From Naegleria gruberi (lineage: Eukaryota), in assembly GCA_000004985.1 (NCBI GenBank), contig GG738939.1: a stretch of 51,393 nucleotides of DNA. One strand, written 5' to 3'. Under the pieces are notes generated by a model, which was not told where the DNA came from, made no database searches, and saw nothing but the letters and a program-made list of their open reading frames with translations. Position numbers and translations under genes: made by a program. Positions 44,336 through 51,393 of the stretch are shown in pieces (within the stretch, counting starts at the first letter, position 1; every line of letters starts with the position of its first letter).

Positions 44336-44797
44336 TTAGTCAACTTGTAACAATTTCAATAAATTCTCATAGTGCTCCATATCCCTTTCAATTCCATTAA
44401 TAATTTCCATCCACCACAATGAGGTTTCATCATATCCATACTCTTGCTCATGTTCTTCCCTCGATTTTTCACACTCTTTTCGATCCAATTCCAAATCTGA
44501 TAAAATCTTGAGAATTCCATCTTTCATTTCCTTCTTCATTTCTATCAAGTCAATAAATTGTTGTTGTGGTGAATTTGTATTTTCATCAAATTTCTTCTCC
44601 AAAATCTCCAGCATCATATTTGGAATTAAAAGACGATTGTAATATTCATTCCATAAATTTCTCCAAAAAATTCTGGAATTCATTACAATATTATGAGTTG
44701 ACCGATCGATTTGTAATATCGTTCCGAGGTGTTTTATGGAGAGAAAGTTGAAAATCTCTATGAGCACCTCTGGAGGCAAATCACTAAATGATGACAT
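44336..44797 (-). CDS. Small F-box protein, 153 aa
   Basis: ATG 44797..44795 (aaaaaaaaaATGTCATCA). N-terminal F-box LPPEVLIEIFNFLSIKHLGTIL. Acidic C-terminal half. Stop at 44338..44336. Single exon. Confidence 0.7.
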   Translation of the reverse strand: MSSFSDLPPEVLIEIFNFLSIKHLGTILQIDRSTHNIVMNSRIFWRNLWNEYYNRLLIPNMMLEILEKKFDENTNSPQQQFIDLIEMKKEMKDGILKILSDLELDRKECEKSREEHEQEYGYDETSLWWMEIINGIERDMEHYENLLKLLQVD

Positions 44798-44853
44798 TTT
44801 TTTTTTTGATTTAATTTAGATCAGGCAAAGTTCATCAGTGTTTGAATTTAATC

Positions 44854-44877
44854 TTTCAGTTTCGAATTACAACAAAA
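44854..44877 (+). pseudogene. Relic of the 3' end of a paralogous LRR gene: 24-nt segment matching 44187-44210 at 23/24, including the last codons and stop region
   Basis: tttcagtttcgAattacaacaaaa versus tttcagtttcgTattacaacaaaa. Encodes ..SVSNYNKI* versus ..SVSYYNKNNYI*. Lies in the spacer between the F-box start and the sphingomyelinase stop. Confidence 0.4.
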
Positions 44878-44927
44878 TTTAGGAAGAAACTGTATTTCAA
44901 AGAAACCTAGGTGTTATTTTAGTTTAT

Positions 44928-45919
44928 TTAGACACAATATGGATGTTTTCTAGCCATATTATAATTCAGCTCAGTTGTGATACCCAAATGATCACTCGGA
45001 GTTGGAGTTGAATCTCCAAATAATTGGAGTTTGAAGGAATTATTGGAATTCCATTCCAAAATTCTACTAAATTTATCAACCATGATATGATCCATTCCAG
45101 TATTTCTTTCTGGATCATCAGAACAATCGCCAATTTCCCAATTTAATCCATTCACACAGAAAGTTGCCTTATTTGGATCAATTGACTGATATCCATATCC
45201 AGCAAGTGTTTCATAACCTTCTGGTTGCGTCAATGGTCCACTATTCAAATCACCAACCAAGATATTAGGTCTCTTCATGATAACCATCCTAGAAAACTCT
45301 GGTTGATACATTACTGGCAAGTCAATCCCAAAATTAAAAGGAAAGTGTGACTCCATAATAAATAATCCATTGATACACATCTCTAATAATCCTCTACTCA
45401 ATAAAAATGAAGGATAGGAAGTGTAATTGGCACGTGAGATTGGTGTCTTACTCAGAACCATCAATCCATTGGAGCCGTCATAGAGAAATTCCTGACCTGT
45501 GTGTCCAGGAGTGTAACAATTGGCTATATTCTTATTCTCAACGACAGATGTCAGGACACAGGATATACATTTAAAGTTTCCATAGGCAGCTCGACTCAAA
45601 AATTCAGCACAAGGTCCCAAAGTTGTCCACGAAAGTGTCAAATTTTTTTCACGGACACAATGAAGGAAAGGAAGAGCGAATCTATGGAATGAATCATCCG
45701 TACAAGATGCTTCATTCACAACTTCCTTGTGTCCATGGAAGGAGTATGGATATGAGGATTTCAGCTCTTCAGAAATTAGGTGGGAATGAGATTGGAGCCA
45801 AACTTCTTGGAGAAAGACTACATCGAGGTCTTTTGGTATGGTTTCTATGATTTTCTTGACATTGACTGGTGTGCCAGGTACTAGAGCAGTATTAAAGGAA
45901 GCAATCTTTAAGTTATGTA
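44928..45919 (-). CDS. Neutral sphingomyelinase-like Mg-dependent phosphodiesterase (SMPD2/ISC1-type EEP fold). The N-terminal few codons are masked and there is no C-terminal transmembrane anchor
   Basis: The frame is open from the mask edge: ..HNLKIASFNTALVPG..DLDVVFLQEVW..YPYSFHGH.. through MDHIMVDKF and PSDHLGITTEL to TAA at 44930..44928. It aligns by eye motif-for-motif with human SMPD2 (LRIFNLNCWGIP / LLEEVWSEQ / RIDYVLYK / PLSDHEALMATL). The M in the ORF track at 45719 is GTG (Val). Confidence 0.8.
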
Positions 45920-48900
45920 NNNNNNNNNNNNNNNNNNNNNNNNNNNNNNNNNNNNNNNNNNNNNNNNNNNNNNNNNNNNNNNNNNNNNNNNNNNNNNNNN
46001 NNNNNNNNNNNNNNNNNNNNNNNNNNNNNNNNNNNNNNNNNNNNNNNNNNNNNNNNNNNNNNNNNNNNNNNNNNNNNNNNNNNNNNNNNNNNNNNNNNNN
46101 NNNNNNNNNNNNNNNNNNNNNNNNNNNNNNNNNNNNNNNNNNNNNNNNNNNNNNNNNNNNNNNNNNNNNNNNNNNNNNNNNNNNNNNNNNNNNNNNNNNN
46201 NNNNNNNNNNNNNNNNNNNNNNNNNNNNNNNNNNNNNNNNNNNNNNNNNNNNNNNNNNNNNNNNNNNNNNNNNNNNNNNNNNNNNNNNNNNNNNNNNNNN
46301 NNNNNNNNNNNNNNNNNNNNNNNNNNNNNNNNNNNNNNNNNNNNNNNNNNNNNNNNNNNNNNNNNNNNNNNNNNNNNNNNNNNNNNNNNNNNNNNNNNNN
46401 NNNNNNNNNNNNNNNNNNNNNNNNNNNNNNNNNNNNNNNNNNNNNNNNNNNNNNNNNNNNNNNNNNNNNNNNNNNNNNNNNNNNNNNNNNNNNNNNNNNN
46501 NNNNNNNNNNNNNNNNNNNNNNNNNNNNNNNNNNNNNNNNNNNNNNNNNNNNNNNNNNNNNNNNNNNNNNNNNNNNNNNNNNNNNNNNNNNNNNNNNNNN
46601 NNNNNNNNNNNNNNNNNNNNNNNNNNNNNNNNNNNNNNNNNNNNNNNNNNNNNNNNNNNNNNNNNNNNNNNNNNNNNNNNNNNNNNNNNNNNNNNNNNNN
46701 NNNNNNNNNNNNNNNNNNNNNNNNNNNNNNNNNNNNNNNNNNNNNNNNNNNNNNNNNNNNNNNNNNNNNNNNNNNNNNNNNNNNNNNNNNNNNNNNNNNN
46801 NNNNNNNNNNNNNNNNNNNNNNNNNNNNNNNNNNNNNNNNNNNNNNNNNNNNNNNNNNNNNNNNNNNNNNNNNNNNNNNNNNNNNNNNNNNNNNNNNNNN
46901 NNNNNNNNNNNNNNNNNNNNNNNNNNNNNNNNNNNNNNNNNNNNNNNNNNNNNNNNNNNNNNNNNNNNNNNNNNNNNNNNNNNNNNNNNNNNNNNNNNNN
47001 NNNNNNNNNNNNNNNNNNNNNNNNNNNNNNNNNNNNNNNNNNNNNNNNNNNNNNNNNNNNNNNNNNNNNNNNNNNNNNNNNNNNNNNNNNNNNNNNNNNN
47101 NNNNNNNNNNNNNNNNNNNNNNNNNNNNNNNNNNNNNNNNNNNNNNNNNNNNNNNNNNNNNNNNNNNNNNNNNNNNNNNNNNNNNNNNNNNNNNNNNNNN
47201 NNNNNNNNNNNNNNNNNNNNNNNNNNNNNNNNNNNNNNNNNNNNNNNNNNNNNNNNNNNNNNNNNNNNNNNNNNNNNNNNNNNNNNNNNNNNNNNNNNNN
47301 NNNNNNNNNNNNNNNNNNNNNNNNNNNNNNNNNNNNNNNNNNNNNNNNNNNNNNNNNNNNNNNNNNNNNNNNNNNNNNNNNNNNNNNNNNNNNNNNNNNN
47401 NNNNNNNNNNNNNNNNNNNNNNNNNNNNNNNNNNNNNNNNNNNNNNNNNNNNNNNNNNNNNNNNNNNNNNNNNNNNNNNNNNNNNNNNNNNNNNNNNNNN
47501 NNNNNNNNNNNNNNNNNNNNNNNNNNNNNNNNNNNNNNNNNNNNNNNNNNNNNNNNNNNNNNNNNNNNNNNNNNNNNNNNNNNNNNNNNNNNNNNNNNNN
47601 NNNNNNNNNNNNNNNNNNNNNNNNNNNNNNNNNNNNNNNNNNNNNNNNNNNNNNNNNNNNNNNNNNNNNNNNNNNNNNNNNNNNNNNNNNNNNNNNNNNN
47701 NNNNNNNNNNNNNNNNNNNNNNNNNNNNNNNNNNNNNNNNNNNNNNNNNNNNNNNNNNNNNNNNNNNNNNNNNNNNNNNNNNNNNNNNNNNNNNNNNNNN
47801 NNNNNNNNNNNNNNNNNNNNNNNNNNNNNNNNNNNNNNNNNNNNNNNNNNNNNNNNNNNNNNNNNNNNNNNNNNNNNNNNNNNNNNNNNNNNNNNNNNNN
47901 NNNNNNNNNNNNNNNNNNNNNNNNNNNNNNNNNNNNNNNNNNNNNNNNNNNNNNNNNNNNNNNNNNNNNNNNNNNNNNNNNNNNNNNNNNNNNNNNNNNN
48001 NNNNNNNNNNNNNNNNNNNNNNNNNNNNNNNNNNNNNNNNNNNNNNNNNNNNNNNNNNNNNNNNNNNNNNNNNNNNNNNNNNNNNNNNNNNNNNNNNNNN
48101 NNNNNNNNNNNNNNNNNNNNNNNNNNNNNNNNNNNNNNNNNNNNNNNNNNNNNNNNNNNNNNNNNNNNNNNNNNNNNNNNNNNNNNNNNNNNNNNNNNNN
48201 NNNNNNNNNNNNNNNNNNNNNNNNNNNNNNNNNNNNNNNNNNNNNNNNNNNNNNNNNNNNNNNNNNNNNNNNNNNNNNNNNNNNNNNNNNNNNNNNNNNN
48301 NNNNNNNNNNNNNNNNNNNNNNNNNNNNNNNNNNNNNNNNNNNNNNNNNNNNNNNNNNNNNNNNNNNNNNNNNNNNNNNNNNNNNNNNNNNNNNNNNNNN
48401 NNNNNNNNNNNNNNNNNNNNNNNNNNNNNNNNNNNNNNNNNNNNNNNNNNNNNNNNNNNNNNNNNNNNNNNNNNNNNNNNNNNNNNNNNNNNNNNNNNNN
48501 NNNNNNNNNNNNNNNNNNNNNNNNNNNNNNNNNNNNNNNNNNNNNNNNNNNNNNNNNNNNNNNNNNNNNNNNNNNNNNNNNNNNNNNNNNNNNNNNNNNN
48601 NNNNNNNNNNNNNNNNNNNNNNNNNNNNNNNNNNNNNNNNNNNNNNNNNNNNNNNNNNNNNNNNNNNNNNNNNNNNNNNNNNNNNNNNNNNNNNNNNNNN
48701 NNNNNNNNNNNNNNNNNNNNNNNNNNNNNNNNNNNNNNNNNNNNNNNNNNNNNNNNNNNNNNNNNNNNNNNNNNNNNNNNNNNNNNNNNNNNNNNNNNNN
48801 NNNNNNNNNNNNNNNNNNNNNNNNNNNNNNNNNNNNNNNNNNNNNNNNNNNNNNNNNNNNNNNNNNNNNNNNNNNNNNNNNNNNNNNNNNNNNNNNNNNN

Positions 48901-49950
48901 NNNNNNNNNNNNNNNNNNNNNNNNNNNNNNNNNNNNNNNNNNNNNNNNNNNNNNNNNNNNNNNNNNNNNNNNNNNNNNNNNNNNNNNNNNNNNNNNNNNN
49001 NNNNNNNNNNNNNNNNNNNNNNNNNNNNNNNNNNNNNNNNNNNNNNNNNNNNNNNNNNNNNNNNNNNNNNNNNNNNNNNNNNNNNNNNNNNNNNNNNNNN
49101 NNNNNNNNNNNNNNNNNNNNNNNNNNNNNNNNNNNNNNNNNNNNNNNNNNNNNNNNNNNNNNNNNNNNNNNNNNNNNNNNNNNNNNNNNNNNNNNNNNNN
49201 NNNNNNNNNNNNNNNNNNNNNNNNNNNNNNNNNNNNNNNNNNNNNNNNNNNNNNNNNNNNNNNNNNNNNNNNNNNNNNNNNNNNNNNNNNNNNNNNNNNN
49301 NNNNNNNNNNNNNNNNNNNNNNNNNNNNNNNNNNNNNNNNNNNNNNNNNNNNNNNNNNNNNNNNNNNNNNNNNNNNNNNNNNNNNNNNNNNNNNNNNNNN
49401 NNNNNNNNNNNNNNNNNNNNNNNNNNNNNNNNNNNNNNNNNNNNNNNNNNNNNNNNNNNNNNNNNNNNNNNNNNNNNNNNNNNNNNNNNNNNNNNNNNNN
49501 NNNNNNNNNNNNNNNNNNNNNNNNNNNNNNNNNNNNNNNNNNNNNNNNNNNNNNNNNNNNNNNNNNNNNNNNNNNNNNNNNNNNNNNNNNNNNNNNNNNN
49601 NNNNNNNNNNNNNNNNNNNNNNNNNNNNNNNNNNNNNNNNNNNNNNNNNNNNNNNNNNNNNNNNNNNNNNNNNNNNNNNNNNNNNNNNNNNNNNNNNNNN
49701 NNNNNNNNNNNNNNNNNNNNNNNNNNNNNNNNNNNNNNNNNNNNNNNNNNNNNNNNNNNNNNNNNNNNNNNNNNNNNNNNNNNNNNNNNNNNNNNNNNNN
49801 NNNNNNNNNNNNNNNNNNNNNNNNNNNNNNNNNNNNNNNNNNNNNNNNNNNNNNNNNNNNNNNNNNNNNNNNNNNNNNNNNNNNNNNNNNNNNNNNNNNN
49901 NNNNNNNNNNNNNNNNNNNNNNNNNNNNNNNNNNNNNNNNNNNNNNNNNN

Positions 49951-50609
49951 TATCTACCCTCTTCTTATTGGAATAAAAACCAAAATCAATGTTAAAAGCA
50001 GCTTTTCCCAAAACGTCTATTCAACCAAGGTTGTGTTATGATATAACAGATCGACTCAGATCAGTAACTCATTGAGCTACGAAATTACTTACCCAATGTA
50101 AGATTCGAATATTCATTTACATCCAAAATCATAGATCCATTCTCTTTCAATCTCTCATTCCAAATTTCAAACAATAAATCACAAGACTTGTCAGCAACCT
50201 TACACACATACATTAAATTCTTTGGTGTGAAAGCTGCCGAACAAATCTTGTAATGTTTCTTCCATTTTTCAGTATTAGTAGCTGTCAAAATATTATCCTC
50301 TCCAAAGAAATTCACCACCTCATATCCTGGTTTCTCAAACAAATGACCCTTAGTAATGAAATATTCCTTCAACATTTTCGGATCACTAATAAAAACAAGT
50401 GGTGTGGTAGAAGTAGCAATACTCAAAGTTTGAGTTTCTGCATCTCCATACAACAAACAAGCCTTATCCAAATCCTCATCACTTGTTAGATAGAGATGAG
50501 TGGACAAGAAGGGAATTCTTATCGGAGAAAGTTCGAATACTTGCATCACCCCCGGAATGTGCTTAATTTTCGAGTGGATTTTATGGAGGGTGAATCGAAC
50601 AGTTTTCAT
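49951..50609 (-). CDS. Cytochrome P450, N-terminal region (CYP3-clan-like). Exon 1 50609..50093, intron 50092..50017, exon 2 50016..mask edge; continues into the mask
   Basis: ATG 50609..50607. Motifs IPG..PLVFISDPKMLKEYF..FGEDNILTATNTEKWKKHYKICSAAFTP (the W-x3-R/H-x7-F helix-C motif). Donor G|GTAAGT at 50093/50092 and acceptor aatAG|AC at 50018/50017 splice to ..EYSNLTLDVLGKAAFNIDFG.., the canonical TLDVIxxxAFG region. Reading through unspliced gives LTLGK*. Confidence 0.8.
50017..50092 (-). other. Spliceosomal intron, 76 nt, GTAAGT...AATAG, phase 1
   Basis: Splicing restores the conserved P450 sequence LTLDVLGKAAF. Unspliced read-through terminates at TAA 50087..50085. Confidence 0.65.
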
Positions 50610-50707
50610 AAAAAAGCATGAACCTAATTAAGGTTAGGAATTGTGAAATTTTCTATAAAAACAACTCAAAAAAACAATTTTTTCAAAATTTTCAAAAACA
50701 AAGCACA

Positions 50708-50998
50708 ATGACTCACAAATTCAAGAAAACTTATAACTCAAACCAAACAAGAAAATACGGCTATTATCACTGCACCGATTGTAACAGACATTGGGAAAGT
50801 GGGAATTCCTGGGAAGGTTTCACTCAACAATGTTCTCATTGCTTTCGACCAGTTTATGCCTACAAATTGGAGAGTTTAATTAGAAAAGATGAATTAGAAG
50901 AATTATTTGATGTGATTGATCGTTCAAAACCTCATCGTCAAGATTTATGTATGAAATGTCAAAAATTGGGATTTTATTGTAGGGAGAGTAAATATTAG
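50708..50998 (+). CDS. Small zinc-finger protein with a Zar1-like 3CxxC domain (97 aa from ATG 50708; an alternative upstream ATG at 50618 gives 126 aa)
   Basis: YGYYHCTDCNRHWESGNSWEGFTQQCSHCF...KPHRQDLCMKCQKLGFYC matches the Zar1/zf-3CxxC signature (YGYYHCKDC ... PHRQDLCGRCK). TAG at 50996-50998. AATAAA at 51021-51026. Confidence 0.6.
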   Translation: MTHKFKKTYNSNQTRKYGYYHCTDCNRHWESGNSWEGFTQQCSHCFRPVYAYKLESLIRKDELEELFDVIDRSKPHRQDLCMKCQKLGFYCRESKY

Positions 50999-51020
50999 AG
51001 AAAGTTTAATAAGGTTATTA

Positions 51021-51026
51021 AATAAA
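51021..51026 (+). promoter_or_regulatory. AATAAA polyadenylation signal downstream of the zf-3CxxC gene
   Basis: ttaAATAAAatg, 23 nt after the stop. Confidence 0.35.
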
Positions 51027-51240
51027 ATGCAAATCGTTTTGTAATTTTGTCACTTTCCATTTATAGAGTTTAATGATTTGTCATGGATCAACAATTTCAA
51101 TATCATTGTAAACTCTATGAAAGGTGAGTGTTGACCCCGCAAAATCACCTGATATCACTTGTTTTTGGCCAACAACACAGCGATATTGGTGACAGCTTTA
51201 AAAAATCATTCAAAAAAAAAACGACATCTGAAGGGCAAAC

Positions 51241-51393
51241 ATGCTGTTGAGTAACAGGTTGCATTATGCACTCTTGGTAGTGTTGGTATTATCCTCCCTC
51301 TTTGTGGTGTTGGCAGAACATGAACCTCTATCTGTCATTTCACAAAATCCTCCTTCGATGGCATTTGACAGCAATTTGAAATTGCCAAAAACA
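51241..51393 (+). CDS. 5' end of a gene encoding a protein with an N-terminal signal peptide (MLLSNRLHYALLVVLVLSSLFVVLA|EHEP...), partial at the window edge
   Basis: ATG 51241 (ggcaaacATGctg). 51 codons open to the window end. Hydrophobic core flanked by charged residues, with an AXA-like cleavage site. Confidence 0.45.
   Translation, partial: MLLSNRLHYALLVVLVLSSLFVVLAEHEPLSVISQNPPSMAFDSNLKLPKT

Noticed and set aside
44566-44751. 61-aa plus-strand ORF antisense to the F-box gene
   Set aside because: Antisense to a well-supported ORF with a clear F-box motif.
45501-45850. Two plus-strand ORFs of 63 and 75 aa
   Set aside because: Antisense to the sphingomyelinase-like CDS, whose frame shows extensive homology-like motif conservation.
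50253-50489. 78-aa plus-strand ORF
   Set aside because: Antisense to P450 exon 1.
51083-51180. ATG followed by 13 codons then a GTGAGT...ACACAG interval of 57 nt, upstream of the signal-peptide gene
   Set aside because: Splicing it gives only a 36-aa ORF out of frame with the downstream signal-peptide ORF. It may be a 5'-UTR intron or chance. Not called.
1-51393. Assignment to Paramecium or another ciliate on the basis of the TTTGGG repeat
   Set aside because: Long ORFs free of TAA/TAG, genuine TAA and TAG stops, 46-76-nt GTAAGT introns and LINE retrotransposons all argue against a ciliate macronuclear genome with reassigned stop codons.
1-51393. Prokaryotic feature types (CRISPR arrays, operons, rho-independent terminators, tRNA or rRNA genes)
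   Set aside because: The sequence is eukaryotic nuclear DNA. No repeat-spacer arrays, tRNA cloverleaf candidates or rDNA segments are present in the visible regions.

Overview
Only about 12.8 kb of this 51.4-kb window can be read. Five N-masked blocks (1016-6479, 7466-30854, 34058-35940, 40002-43812, 45920-49950; about 75%) hide the rest. The long ORFs in the track that span these blocks are artifacts of N translated as X. What is visible looks like a left chromosome end of an AT-rich eukaryote that uses the standard genetic code.

Features supported by the sequence:
- A terminal (CCCAAA)n telomeric array of about 70 units at 1-424, with variant units and a decayed subtelomeric transition.
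- A plus-strand non-LTR (LINE-like) retrotransposon family present in two copies. ORF1 is followed by ORF2 carrying an APE-type endonuclease, reverse transcriptase, RNase H and a C-terminal CCHC knuckle. Copy A is visible only for its 3' part (30855-33019). Copy B is visible only for its 5' part (36553-40001). The 436 bp where both copies can be compared are 100% identical, so activity or homogenisation is recent. Both copies are bounded by the same 17-nt motif, aTTTTTTTTTATTTGTG.
- Compact host genes with short GTAAGT...AG introns of 46 and 76 nt and A-rich start contexts:
  - an ERG25/MSMO1-like sterol desaturase family gene with two exons;
  - a signal-peptide leucine-rich protein whose ATG is 28 bp from the LINE ORF1 ATG, head to head;
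  - an RNI-type LRR terminal exon;
  - a small F-box protein;
  - an SMPD2-like neutral sphingomyelinase;
  - a CYP3-like cytochrome P450 lacking a hydrophobic N-terminal anchor;
  - a Zar1-like zf-3CxxC small protein;
  - two genes without recognisable homology and a signal-peptide gene start at the right edge.

The gene content suggests a compact metazoan genome, possibly nematode-like: TTTCAG acceptor, aaaATG starts, and a cluster of F-box, CYP and LRR genes near the chromosome end. The TTTGGG telomere unit is not the canonical nematode TTAGGC. It resembles the Paramecium variant repeat, but standard stop-codon usage rules out a ciliate with reassigned TAA/TAG. The organism therefore remains unassigned.

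No prokaryotic-type features (CRISPR arrays, operons, tRNA or rRNA genes) are visible. Any novel system inside the masked 75% cannot be assessed. The most checkable leads are the LINE junction motif, the telomere-oriented LINE copies, and the unexplained ~20-kb block at 7466-27841.
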